Positions 51,502 to 62,121 are shown, counted from the first letter of the stretch. The stretch is 64,000 nt of DNA from an uncultured delta proteobacterium (GCA_963760795.1 CAVXEP010000002.1:96001-160000); one strand, 5' to 3'. Notes: generated by a model from the letters alone, not told the origin. Numbers and translations are program-made.

Positions 51502-53674
51502 TCACTTCGCCAAAGGATCGGGCCGGAGCTGAAACTTCACCACCTTGGGCTTTGTGCCTTTGCCGCCCTCCATGTGGAACGGCGTGCGCGTTCCTGTCGT
51601 CGCCCACAGCCCCTTGCCCTTCCAGCCGGTCTTTGGATTATCGATCCGTCCGTCCATCCATTTGGCGTAGAAGCCGAGCGGATAGGGCACGCGCAGATTG
51701 ACCATCTTGCCGTCCACCAACGCGATCAGCGAATCGTTCAAGTTGCCGGTGGCGATCGGCACGTCCTTGCCCAAGCCGAAGGTGTCGAACTGATCGACCC
51801 AAGTATAGTAACTCGACTCGGCGCTGCCAGTTGGTTCGTTCAAGCTCTCGAAGTTCGGTCCCGGCAGTGTGTGCAGCGTCCAGCCTTCGGCGCAGTGCTT
51901 ACCGGTGGCGTTGGGGCCATTAAGCGGGCCTTTGCACTTGCGCCGGTCGAAGCTCGCCAGATGGCCGCTCGATAGCGACGACCAGACCACGCCGCTGCGA
52001 TCGATATCCATGCCGCGGATACCGTAGGCGCCTTGGGTGTCGAACGGAACTTCAAAGTACTCCGCGAGCGCGGTCTCTGACGGATTAGGACCCGGATCGA
52101 GCCGGACGATGGCGCTGGGAAATCCCTGCGTCGATCCCCACACCGTACCGTCGACGGGACTGACGGCGATACCGTAGAAAGCCGCCGCCATGCGCTTGTC
52201 TTTGGCCGGATCGACCGCTTGATTGGGTTCGACCCATTCGTCGCGCTTGCCGTTGCCGTTGGTATCGAGCACGATCGGCGTCCAGCCTTGCGACTTCTGT
52301 TCGTCGCCGGTGGCTTCGAACATTTTTCGGTTCAACCAGCCGACCACGCCGCTAGCCGGACCGCCGGCGCTGGTCCACAGCGTATGATTGGCGTCCTCGG
52401 CGAAAACCAAATGATGCGTCGAAAAGCAGGTGCTGATCAGCGTGAACTTTTTGCTCTTGGGATCGTACATCGACAGATGGCGGTTAGCGCTGTTGATCGG
52501 AAAGACTTTCGCCGAGGGGTGGTCCGAACCTTTTTTGCAAAAGTCCGGATTGGCCGGCGGACGCACTCGCGCGGTGAACCAAACACGCCCCTGTTCATCC
52601 ATCATCGGATTATGCTGGTTCGATTGGCTGTCCCAGATCGCCTCCGCGCCCCAGTAAGGCGACGGCGTGAGCGGATCGGTCTTGGCCGACGGCGTATTGG
52701 GATCGCGCACCGGATGTTTGATTTCGTATGCGCGATGGCGCACCGGGTCCAATACCGGCACGAGATCGGTGCTTAGCTCCGTCGAACCATAGAGCGGACC
52801 GTTGGCATTGACCGTCGGCTTGCGCTTGTCGGTGGCAATTTCGTCGTGCAGATAAGCCTTGGCATTGCTCCAATCCCACACCGTAACGACGATGTTACGC
52901 TCTGCCCCTTGCGGCCGCGGCGGCTTAGCCTTGGGCAGTTGGCCGGCGGCGATTCGATCGGTCCAGTCAGCGAAAAGCGCGAGGGCGCGTTTGGAATCTA
53001 ATCTATCGATCGCATTGAGCATGCTGGTCATCGCCTGACCGGAGACGATGCGCCGCTGCCAGGCCTCGGTGGAATTTTTGAATTCGCCCAAATTTTTTGG
53101 GATGGTCTGGGTCGCCTTGTTGCCCATCTGGTGGCAAGTGTTGCAACCGTTGGTTTTAACCACGTCCAACCACTGCGCTTGATGCTGCAGCTTTTCCGGC
53201 ATGCCGTTACCTTTTTCACCGGTGCCGGGAAACTCGCTCTTGTCGGGAATTTTCAACATCGAGTACCAGTAGATCGCCGGATAGTACTGCGCCGCGGCGC
53301 CATCGCTCGGCGCCGTCACCGCTTTTAGATTTAGCGTCTTGCCCGCCGTAGCGCGCACCTTGGCGGAATCGATCAAGCCATAGCCGCGCACCCAGATGTC
53401 ATAGTTTGCCTTGGGCAGATCGGGAATCAGATAGCGCCCTTGATCGTCGGTGACGACGATCTTGGCGAACTTGGTCGGCAGGTTAGTCGTCTCGGCGATC
53501 ACCCACACACCAGCCTCCGGCCCGTTAGCGCCGTTGACCACGCCGCCGATGTCATCGCCATCGATGCGCACCACCGCGCCTTGTTGACTGCTCAGTTGAT
53601 CCGGGCAGCAGCCCAATCAAGCCACTGAGCGCGGTCACCAACACGCCAAAGCCAAGCAACTTTGAACGCTTCAT
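51502..53674 (-). CDS. Secreted CxxCH/probable beta-propeller protein (paralog 4); frameshift in the signal-peptide region
   Basis: CNTCH; SD AGGAG and ATG (MKRSKLLG) at 53674 in a shifted frame. Confidence 0.82.
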
Positions 53675-53799
53675 AAATGACTCCTTTTAAATGAACCAGT
53701 ACGGCAAGCGAATGGAGAGTAACCGAAATCGAAATCGCACGTCAATCGAAACTGAACAACATTGAACATTGGAGCAACAGCAACTAGCCCAGTCCGGTC

Positions 53800-53885
53800 C
53801 CTCCCTTTCGTAAAGGGAGGTTAGGAGGGATTTTTCAAACTACGAAAAACAAGATCTCCATTAGTCCCCGTTTTTTAAAGGGGAA
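53800..53885. repeat. CCCTTT..AAAGGG-type REP-like palindrome pair
   Basis: CCTCCCTTT-CGT-AAAGGGAGG plus degenerate TCCCCGTTTTTTAAAGGGGA. Confidence 0.6.
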
Positions 53886-53950
53886 TGAATGCGTGGCCTC
53901 AGTCGCTGTTCGGACATGACCTGCGACGTGCAACAGCAGTATCACGTCGA

Positions 53951-54238
53951 TCAGATCGTCTCCGCGACATAAAGCCCGCCGTGGCTCTTCTTGGTTTGCA
54001 GTCCCTCCACCGCGGCGCGAAAGGATTTGTAAGAGTCGGTGCCGCGCCAGCGTGCCAGATGCTCCTTGCTTTCCCATAACAAAATGACGATCACCGCCGA
54101 CGGATCGTCTTCGCTGCATAGGATATGTCCGCCGGTCGAACCCGCCGATTTACAGCCCTGGACCGCTTCGCGATAAATCTTGACGTACTCGGCCCGCTTG
54201 GCCGGGTCCACCGTCTGAAAGCGCATTTCGTAAACCAT
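53951..54238 (-). CDS. ABM-domain (antibiotic biosynthesis monooxygenase-like) protein
   Basis: EDDPSAVIVILLWESKEH; about 95 aa. Confidence 0.75.
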   Translation of the reverse strand: MVYEMRFQTVDPAKRAEYVKIYREAVQGCKSAGSTGGHILCSEDDPSAVIVILLWESKEHLARWRGTDSYKSFRAAVEGLQTKKSHGGLYVAETI

Positions 54239-54295
54239 AGTTTGCCACCTTTTTGCCGTCTGTGAGTTTTTCACCAAATGAGAAACAACTTCCTG

Positions 54296-54532
54296 ACCAC
54301 GAAGAACACGAAGCGCACGAAGTTCGGAGTTTTAATTATCCGAAACCTTCCTGTCCATCTGATTACTATCCTTTATAATTTGCGCGGCCTGCGCAAATTG
54401 TCTGAGCGCCATACCCAAGAGGGCGGGTTTCAAACCCGCCCCTACCAATCCCAATTTTGCGTCCCTTGCGTTCTTTGCGGCCATTCTTCCATTCGGTTGC
54501 AGCGGTGCCGCGCTAGGATCTTCGTGGTGAAA
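54296..54532. repeat. Large mosaic intergenic repeat (CACGAAG iterations, palindromes, REP, TTTGCG and GCCGCGCT modules)
   Basis: ACCACGAAGAACACGAAGCGCACGAAG ... AATTTGCGCGGCCTGCGCAAATT ... GGGCGGGTTTCAAACCCGCCCCTAC (54421-54445) ... CTTCGTGGTGA inverted end. Confidence 0.75.
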
Positions 54533-54538
54533 CAAATG

Positions 54539-56014
54539 TTACTTGGTCGGTTCCGTAGCGCCAGCTTTCTCCAACCGCAGCGTCAAGCCATTTTTCTCTA
54601 TGTAAACCTGGCGGTATTGTTTGCGCTTGGCGAGTTCGGAGATCAGCAGCGCCAGCGGCTGCGAGATCACGCTATAGTCCTTCGGCGCGCCGGCGGCGAG
54701 CATGGCATCGACGGCGGGATCGCCGGCGATGACGCGCAGGACCAGTTCTTCGTCAGAAACATTCGAGCCGCCGACTTTGCGCCGCACTTCTGCCAGCGAC
54801 ATTTCCGGCACCGACCAGTTCGCCCACTCTTTGGCGCGCGGCCGGCTGAGAATCTTGTCCTTGACGCCGGCGTCCATCACCGTCGGCGCTTCCTTGCCCC
54901 AGTAACCGAGGGCGTACTGAATCGCCTGGTCGGTGACCTCTTTGTAGCGCTCGCCGGTGATCACGTTGATCGCCGCCTGACTGCCAACGAATTGCGCCAG
55001 CGGCGTCACCATGATCGGATAACCGAACTCGGCTCGCACCCTGCCGCATTCCTCGAGCGTTTCCTCGATCCGGTTCGCCATTCCCATCTTGCCCAACTGA
55101 AAACGCAAGTTAGAAATCATGCCGCCGGGCACTTGGTGCAGGTACTGCGCATGATCGTATTCGCGCTGCGCGCCCACCGGATGGCCCTCCAGTTTGGCGA
55201 TTGAAGTGAAATGCCTCTCCACCGGCTTGACCGCTTCCAAGTCAACTTGCGGTTTGTAGCCCAACGCTTGAGCGTTGCGTGCGACGTTGAAGATCGATGG
55301 CTGTCCCGAACCGTTGGCCAATGGCGGAATACCGGTGTGAAACGTCTCGACACCGAGCTTCATCGCCTCTAAATAATTGAACGGCGCCATGCCGTTGTTG
55401 CAGTGGGCGTGAAACTCCAACGGGACATCGCCGATGTTTTGCTGGATCAATGGAATCAGCGTGCGCGTCCGATCCGGTGTCAGCAAGCCGGCGACGTCCT
55501 TGAAACAGATCCGGTAAGGCTTGATCGCCGCCGCCTGGCGCGCCCGCGTGGCGAAATATTCATCGGTGTGGCGCGGGGACACGGAATAGATGATATTGAC
55601 GATCACCTCCATGCCGAGTTTTTGCAGAGCAGCGATCTCGATGGCAGCGGCATCGTAATCGTTCCACGGATCGGACGTGCGCGTCAGTGTGATTCCATGC
55701 GCCGCCACTCGCTCGATCATCAACAGCCGAACCGAACGTGGGATTTTTTCGAACCCCGACGCCAGTCCGCCGTGGTAACGCAGCCGCGTGCGGTGAAACT
55801 TTTTGGCCCCCTCGCCCATCCATACCCACGGATTTTCTTTGTGCTCTTTGACGTACTTGATGTAACCGGCAAAGCCGAAGAACTCCATCGACTCAAAACC
55901 GCACTGGTCCATCTGTTCGGCGATCGCCAGCATGGCGCCGGTACGCATGCCCAACGCCCACAAGCTCAACGACCCGTCGCGCACGGTGGTATCGACAAAT
56001 TTGATTTGCTTCAT
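54539..56014 (-). CDS. Pyruvate/oxaloacetate carboxyltransferase-family protein (PycB/OadA-like, no biotin-carrier domain)
   Basis: FVDTTVRDG, ICFKDVAGLL, FHAHCNNG, HQVPGGMISN, GYPIMVTP. Confidence 0.85.
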   Translation of the reverse strand: MKQIKFVDTTVRDGSLSLWALGMRTGAMLAIAEQMDQCGFESMEFFGFAGYIKYVKEHKENPWVWMGEGAKKFHRTRLRYHGGLASGFEKIPRSVRLLMIERVAAHGITLTRTSDPWNDYDAAAIEIAALQKLGMEVIVNIIYSVSPRHTDEYFATRARQAAAIKPYRICFKDVAGLLTPDRTRTLIPLIQQNIGDVPLEFHAHCNNGMAPFNYLEAMKLGVETFHTGIPPLANGSGQPSIFNVARNAQALGYKPQVDLEAVKPVERHFTSIAKLEGHPVGAQREYDHAQYLHQVPGGMISNLRFQLGKMGMANRIEETLEECGRVRAEFGYPIMVTPLAQFVGSQAAINVITGERYKEVTDQAIQYALGYWGKEAPTVMDAGVKDKILSRPRAKEWANWSVPEMSLAEVRRKVGGSNVSDEELVLRVIAGDPAVDAMLAAGAPKDYSVISQPLALLISELAKRKQYRQVYIEKNGLTLRLEKAGATEPTK

Positions 56015-56237
56015 CTTGTTATCGCTTCGTTCCAATCGGTGAGTATCGTTTAGAACCGGCGAAATTCTAACTCGACGCTATAACGGTATATCGATTAGCA
56101 CAGGTGTAACTTTTTAGTCGAGCATGTTTTGCCGATTGCGAATGTCTACCCGTCGGCTTCTGTCTAGGGATTGCGAATAATTTTCCTGAGACTGTCCCGC
56201 CTGTGGGACTTTAACCTCACCAGCGCCACCGACAGGA

Positions 56238-56253
56238 TGGCATAGTCGTTGCT
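56238..56253 (+). promoter_or_regulatory. Sigma54 promoter
   Basis: TGGCAT-AGTCG-TTGCT about 60 bp upstream of the 56312 ORF. Confidence 0.55.
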
Positions 56254-56311
56254 CCTCAAGTGATCATGAGGAATTTCTTGTTATTTTATTAACGTTAAAA
56301 GGAGAGACTGT

Positions 56312-56878
56312 ATGAAGAAAACTATCATGGCGGCAATCGTCGTATCAGGGTCGTTGATCGGCGGCGCTTTATCGGCGCAGCAAACCGCGCCCAATAATAA
56401 GAATATGCCCAATGCCAATCCAGCCACCGAGGTGCCACGTGAAATAAATCCCAGCAACCCCGGCCAAGTCGCCCCCAAAGGACCAGGTCTGGACCAAAAA
56501 ATTCCCGGCCAAGAGGGCACCATTCCGGAAATTATCCAGCGCCCCGGCGGCGTGACTCCGCAAGCGCAGACTCCCCAACAGCAAGCTCCGCAAGCGCAAA
56601 TGACCGTTTCCCCCGAAGAAATTCGCCGGGCGCAAGAAGCTCTCAAGACAAAAGGTTACGATCCGGGAGCGGCCAGTGGCAATTTGCACGCGGGCACTCA
56701 AGAAGCCTTGCGTAAGTATCAAAAAGCTAACAATTTGCCGGTCACCGGAGTTCTGGATGAACGGACGGCGGAGACACTCGGAGTAGAAATTCGCAAAAGC
56801 GATAGCAAGCCTTCTGATACTAAATCTTTTGATAGTAATTCGTCTAGAGAACCGAACAAATCGGTACCCGCGAAGTAA
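56312..56878 (+). CDS. Secreted peptidoglycan-binding (PG_binding_1) protein with low-complexity P/Q linker
   Basis: Signal peptide; IRRAQEALKTKGYDPG...TQEALRKYQKANNLPVTGVLD. Confidence 0.85.
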   Translation: MKKTIMAAIVVSGSLIGGALSAQQTAPNNKNMPNANPATEVPREINPSNPGQVAPKGPGLDQKIPGQEGTIPEIIQRPGGVTPQAQTPQQQAPQAQMTVSPEEIRRAQEALKTKGYDPGAASGNLHAGTQEALRKYQKANNLPVTGVLDERTAETLGVEIRKSDSKPSDTKSFDSNSSREPNKSVPAK

Positions 56879-56897
56879 ACGCGTGTGAAAACTTAAG

Positions 56898-56926
56898 CGG
56901 CGGGTAGCGAAAGTCGCTACCCGCCG
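56898..56926. terminator. Perfect 13-bp hairpin between convergent genes
   Basis: CGGCGGGTAGCGA-AAG-TCGCTACCCGCCG; overlaps the aminotransferase stop codon; weak U-tract. Confidence 0.55.
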
Positions 56927-58209
56927 ACGTGACCGGCGACTATTGATTTTACGATCGCTGTCATCTGTTCGAGATCTTCAAATGCGACGCTGGGTTCACA
57001 GGGCAATTCGATCAGGTCGGGCCAAACCAGATCGGAGTAAGGCAAACGATCCCACACGCATTGCGTGATATGCGTCAATAAGTGAATCGGCATGTAACTG
57101 CCCTGTACTTCGTAACCGGCTTGGCCCAGCGCCGCTATAATCCTTGCCGCAAGGTCCTCGCCGCGCTCTTTCCCCACGATCCGAACGACCTGCGTCAAGC
57201 AGGCCGAGCCGGGGTTGTGGCGAATCAACTCGATACCCGACTCGTTGCCGAGCAGTCGGTGATAGGCGTCGACTCTGGCACGGCGCGCATGAAGATTTTC
57301 CGGCAGCGAATGAATAAGACTGCGCGCCACCGTGGCATTTAAGTTCGCCATTATTTCGCATCGATAAACTTTTGGCGGAGCTTGGGGGCTTTTTTCATGG
57401 GCGCGCGAAAGCACGCGTTGAAACGGTAATGTCCAGCCGCGCCAACGGTGCAACACCAGCGTTGAAGTCAGCCGCGCGAGCGTGTGAGCCGCGCTCGGAT
57501 GGCCAAGGACTACTTCCCGCGCGCTTTCGAGCACTCCACGGCTGCGGGAAACCAGCACGCCGCCGCCAAGACCGAAGCAAACTTTCTCGGCGCCGAAACT
57601 TAATACTCCCATATCGCCGAAGGTACCCGCCCGCCGGCCGTCGATGGTGGCACCAAGCGCTTGCGCGGCATCGTCGATGACGACGATATTGTTCGCGTCA
57701 CCCAGCTCGACAATCTCTTCGATATTGGCCGGATTGCCGAACAAATGGGGCACGAGGACCGCGCGAGTTCTGCGTGTACGCGCAGCGTCAACCGTTTCCG
57801 CCGTGAGATTGAGGTCACTACCAACATCGGCCAACACCGGCGTCGCGCCCACGGCCAAGATCGGCGCCACCACGGTGCTGCAACAAAAACTCGGAATAAT
57901 CACTTCATCGCCTTGGTCGAGGTGACAGGTGCGCAAAGCGAGCTCCAACGCCAAACTGCCAGAGCCGCAAAGTATGGCATCCTCGATGCCAAGAAGATCC
58001 AGTAGCTCTGAGCGCAATGCCACGAGATCCGTGCCGCGAATTATTTGGCCGGAAACCAGACAGCGCAGTAGGTTTCGCTGCGTCTCGTGATTCCAGAATG
58101 GGACTGCGAGGGGAACGCGTGGGAAAGAACGGCGGAGAAAATCGTTCAAGGGTTCAAGGTTCAAAAGTTCAATCGTTTTCGGATCGCGCAGTGTAGATTG
58201 GTGGGCCAC
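56917..58209 (-). CDS. DegT/DnrJ/EryC1/StrS family PLP aminotransferase
   Basis: GSGSLAL, GDEVIIPSF, VPHLFG, IDDAAQALG, SFGAEK; true start probably downstream of the repeat region. Confidence 0.85.
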   Translation of the reverse strand: MAHQSTLRDPKTIELLNLEPLNDFLRRSFPRVPLAVPFWNHETQRNLLRCLVSGQIIRGTDLVALRSELLDLLGIEDAILCGSGSLALELALRTCHLDQGDEVIIPSFCCSTVVAPILAVGATPVLADVGSDLNLTAETVDAARTRRTRAVLVPHLFGNPANIEEIVELGDANNIVVIDDAAQALGATIDGRRAGTFGDMGVLSFGAEKVCFGLGGGVLVSRSRGVLESAREVVLGHPSAAHTLARLTSTLVLHRWRGWTLPFQRVLSRAHEKSPQAPPKVYRCEIMANLNATVARSLIHSLPENLHARRARVDAYHRLLGNESGIELIRHNPGSACLTQVVRIVGKERGEDLAARIIAALGQAGYEVQGSYMPIHLLTHITQCVWDRLPYSDLVWPDLIELPCEPSVAFEDLEQMTAIVKSIVAGHVGG

Positions 58210-58337
58210 AGTGACATCGAATTGTTTGCGCTAGCTTCCCTGCGCCCTTTGCGTTCTTTGCAGCAATTCCCCGATTCCGAAATGGTCCGGGCAAAACCGG
58301 CCCCTACTTTGTGACCTATGTGCCCTTTGTGGTTAAA
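58144..58337. repeat. Intergenic repeat mosaic (GTTCAA iterations, TTTGCG module, CCCCTAC REP, TGTG module)
   Basis: GTTCAAG x4 degenerate; TTTGCGTTCTTTGCAGC; GGTCCGGGCAAAACCGGCCCCTAC; TTTGTGACCTATGTGCCCTTTGTGGTTAA. Confidence 0.6.
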
Positions 58338-58341
58338 TCTC

Positions 58342-59043
58342 TCAATCCAGTCTCTCCATCTCCTCGGCCACACCGAGATGATACAACTTGAATAGCTCCA
58401 GCGCATCGTCAGCGGCCTTGAGCGCGCTGTCGCGATTGGAGATGAATTTGTCGAGCAGCGGCACGAATAGATCGCTGTGTTTTTCATCGGCGACGGCATG
58501 AGCGGCAAAGTTGGCCATCTCTTCCCATTTGTAACCGAAGTCGCGTATCCAGCGCAGACCGTCGCGCCGCGATAGGCCGCCGCCTTGATCGAGCAAGCGG
58601 CGGTCATCGTTCACCCACTCGGTCGCCATCATGGCGATCAAGCCGTCTTGCCAGGCTGCCGCGCGCGTGATCCACTTCCAACCGTAAAACGTCGCCATGC
58701 TGGTGCGCAGCGGCTGTACCTGAGCGAAGTCTTCGGCCGTCAGACCAATCAGCGCGCCCTGGCGAATCAGCAAGTCATAGTGGCCTTTGGAACTGTACTC
58801 GTCTTCCACCAACTCATCATATTCATGGGCCATCAGCCGCTGGCGCATCGCTGGCGCGTCGCAGTTGGCGATCAGATTGGCCCAGCCGTCGCGGCGGCAA
58901 CTGACGAAGAGACTCAATTGCAACAGCGCCACCCGCGCCCGCGCCGTTGTCATCTTGACGGCAAAGTAACGCTCCATCTCCGGCGACGCCATCGCGGCGC
59001 GCACCCGCTCGCCGATCGCATGTTCCCAATTGCCTGCCATCAC
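58342..59043 (-). CDS. Heme-oxygenase-like (PqqC/CADD-like) iron-containing redox enzyme
   Basis: HEYDE...GHYDLL, ATE, HAVADEKH candidate metal ligands. Confidence 0.75.
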   Translation of the reverse strand: MMAGNWEHAIGERVRAAMASPEMERYFAVKMTTARARVALLQLSLFVSCRRDGWANLIANCDAPAMRQRLMAHEYDELVEDEYSSKGHYDLLIRQGALIGLTAEDFAQVQPLRTSMATFYGWKWITRAAAWQDGLIAMMATEWVNDDRRLLDQGGGLSRRDGLRWIRDFGYKWEEMANFAAHAVADEKHSDLFVPLLDKFISNRDSALKAADDALELFKLYHLGVAEEMERLD

Positions 59044-59094
59044 TTTCCTTTCCGCTATGGACTGAATTACGACCCCGTGTATTGAAACCCTAAT

Positions 59095-59121
59095 CCGTTC
59101 GTCCTGAGGGTCTCGAAGGAC
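59095..59121. repeat. CCGTTCGTCCTGAG..CGAAGG-type REP-like element
   Basis: CCGTTCGTCCTGAGGGTCTCGAAGGAC. Confidence 0.5.
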
Positions 59122-59159
59122 TCCGAGTTAGAGTCTTTGATCCGCGGCGCGCGGCAATT

Positions 59160-60303
59160 TTACTTCATCGCCAGATTGCTGACTGTCCCGAGCTCGTCGA
59201 GCTTGAAGCCGCCATTGGAATTAGCCTGCTGAATGCGCCGCCATTCGTCGTGATAGCCAGACGGTATGGCCGCGAAAGTGCGGCATGACGTAGCGCGCAA
59301 ACAGTTCATAGGACCGGCGGACCTTCTCCGTGCCGGTCCACTCATGGGTGGTTAACAACAATCCGCCGAAGCCGCCGGTCTCTTCCTGCATCCTTTCGAT
59401 CTGCTTGATCGCATCGTCCGGCGTGCCGATGATCCAGTCGCGCCGGTCGGCGCCGGAGCGTGGGGTGATTTCGCTGAACGGTTGACCCGGATAGGACTCG
59501 TAGGGCGCTTTCAAGCCGATGGCGGCGAAGTATTCCATGTCGCGGCCGATGCTCGCCTCGACATCGCGCCACGCCTCTTCCTTGCTGTCGGCAAGATAAA
59601 CGCAGGTGGCGATGCGCCAGTTGTCGCGCGAAGTCGCGGTGCCATGTTTGGCCGCGATCGTTTCGACCTTGTTCCACTGCTCGGCTTTGGTCTGGTTGTT
59701 GCGGACGTTTTTTCCCGCCGGCGACAAAAATTGCATGCCGTACTTGCCCGCCAGCTCGAGACTGATCGGATTTCCCGATGACGCGATCGCCATCGGCAGG
59801 CGCGGCTGCTGGTAGGAGCGCAGCTGCAAGCGCATTTGTTTGAACTGCCAAAACTGGCCGTCGTAATCAATCGGTTCCGGCGATTCGAGCAAACGCACGA
59901 TGATATCCACCGACTCGGCCATCATCGGATAGAGCTTTTCGTTGGGCAGGCCGAATAAGACTTTGTCCGTCACTAAAGCGCAAGGTCCGACCCCGAGAAT
60001 CGCGCGACCGCGCGTCAAATGATCGAGAAATGCCATCCGCTCGGCGACATAGTAAGGATGATGAAACGGCACGCTGATCACCGACGTGCCGAGACGAATG
60101 CGCTGGGCCTGCGCCGACGCTTTCGCCAACGCCATCTCCGGCGCCGGCATGGTCTCCCAGCCGCCCGAGTGATGCTCGCCGATGAAGCACTCGTCATAGC
60201 CAAGCTCGTCGGCAAGATGGATCAGCGATATGTCGCGGTCGAAAGCCAGCGACGGGCTCTCCGACGGATGATGCAGCGGCATCATGAAGAGTGAGAATTT
60301 CAT
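59160..60303 (-). CDS. LLM-class flavin monooxygenase (limonene 1,2-monooxygenase-like); frameshift near the C-terminus
   Basis: FMMPLH, ECFIGEHHSGGWE, RSYELFARYVMPHFRG; tail GYHDEWRRIQ... in the next frame. Confidence 0.85.
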
Positions 60304-60608
60304 AATTCGACTCCTTCTCAGTCAATCTCTACTGCGGAAACGGGATCGGGAGCAAGAGCGAAGTGTGTAGGCAGGAGCGAGAAGCACTGGCAAACTAACC
60401 GAGGAAGGCTCCCAACTCTAGCTGAGATAAGCCGCCGATTGTTAGTGAGATAACCTGCCGCGCCGGTCGGCTTTTTCCGGTAAGGCTGAGATTGACAAGA
60501 TAAGGTAGCGGATGGATATTGCCGCTAATTTGAATTTTTGTCATCGAAGCCGCTGAGGGCAGGAAGAAAGAAACAAGCATATTACGGCACTGCCACACGG
60601 AGGGGAAC

Positions 60609-61599
60609 ATGCAAAAACTATCGTCACTTATATTCACGACCCTGATCAACGTCGGTATTATAGCACTAGCGCGCAAAAGCATAGCGCAGAAGAGCGCCAC
60701 GCCATGAAGACAGGCACCCGCCTTATCACGCTTGGGACGTCAGCTGGTCCGCCACCGAGAGCCCATCGAGCGCAATCGTCCAATCTGCTGATTGTCAACG
60801 GCGCGCTGTACGTTGTTGATGCGGGCGACGGCGTCGCACGCCGTCTTGCGAAAGCTGGTATCAACGTTCGAGAGATCGGAACTGTTTTTATCACTCACCA
60901 TCATGACGATCACACGGCCGGTCTTGGTACACTGTTGTCGGTTGCGTGGGATCAAAATCGCACCAAACCGATCAATGTCTATGGCCCGCCCAGGACAGTA
61001 GAGCTGGTCAAGGCCGCTGTGCAGTATTTCACTATTAGTGCTGAGATCAGGATTGCCGACGGAGGCCGCACGCGTACCGATAGCTCAGGTGTTCTTCGGT
61101 CATGATGTCGGCACCGGGATGGTTTACCAGGACGCGAACGTCAAGGTGACGGCCGTCGAAAACAGCCATTTTGATTTCCATGAAGGCCCGGCTTCCGGCA
61201 AGCACAAGTCCTATGCCTATCGTTTTGAAACACCTGATCGCGTGATTGTGTTCACGGGGGATACCGGCCCTAGCGATGCCGTCACTGAACTTGCGAAAGG
61301 CGCCGATCTGCTCGTCTCGGAAACCTCTTCGTGCCAAGGTCGAATGCAAGAGATGGCCGATGATGGTCGCTGGCAAGCCATGAGCCTGGCCGAGCAGGCC
61401 GGCATTGTGCGGCAGATGACCCAGGGACATATGACCCTGGACGAAATCGGGAAGATGGCGGCAACAGCGCAAGGTCAAGACCGTGGTGCTGTCGCACCTG
61501 ACGCACAAGCCCGACGGCGATTATACGCCTTGGGCCGAGGAGGTGAAGAAACACTTTTCCGGCCAGGTGCTCATCGCCAAAGACCTGATGGAGTTTTAA
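60609..61599 (+). CDS. Secreted MBL-fold metallo-hydrolase (RNase Z/arylsulfatase-like); frameshifted
   Basis: TLGTSAGP, VDAGDG, THHHDDH, FTGDTG and VVLSHL across three frames. Confidence 0.8.
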
Positions 61600-61743
61600 C
61601 CACTTCAACGTAAGCAGGAAAACGTCGAGCATAACTTGGCGCTTCAGACCGATCTCTGAAAGCCGCGACGGCTGAGCTATCTCGCCCCAGAACCCCAACT
61701 GCCGTACTCTGACAGATCGCGCAGAGATTCGATTTGCCTCGCG

Positions 61744-61837
61744 TATGGTGACTTTCCCAAGCCAGTTTTTTCTTCGCCAGGGCTAAGCGGACCTTCTGCG
61801 CGCACACCGACATATCGTTGTGATAGAGCTCGATTAT
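61744..61837 (-). pseudogene. Truncated glutathione S-transferase 5' fragment
   Basis: IELYHNDMSVCAQKVRLALAKKKLAWESHH then unrelated sequence; start codon reads ATA. Confidence 0.65.
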
Positions 61838-62052
61838 GAACCGTTCTCCTTGTGCGCGCCTTGTGACCGCTGAACGGCCTTTATCGACAACACATGGCGC
61901 ACCGCTTCGATAATTTCATAGCGATTGCCGGCCCGATCTGGATTGGCGCGCAACAGATCGACGATCTTTTGCGCTTCCGGTAGGGAGTAAAATAAACCGA
62001 CCGTGCTGATCGCGCCATCCGGGCGAATTTCGTTGACGTAAAGTTTTTCCAT
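61834..62052 (-). CDS. Small hypothetical protein
   Basis: ORF MEKLYVNEIRPDG... co-oriented with neighbours. Confidence 0.5.
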   Translation of the reverse strand: MEKLYVNEIRPDGAISTVGLFYSLPEAQKIVDLLRANPDRAGNRYEIIEAVRHVLSIKAVQRSQGAHKENGS

Positions 62053-62121
62053 CGATAATTTTCCGACCTTCGCGCCTTTGCGTCTTTGCGAGAAATATTT
62101 TTCTCCGATCATCCATCTGAA

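Noticed and set aside
54278-55204. 308-aa plus-strand ORF
   Set aside because: Starts in a repeat mosaic and is antisense to the carboxyltransferase; shadow ORF
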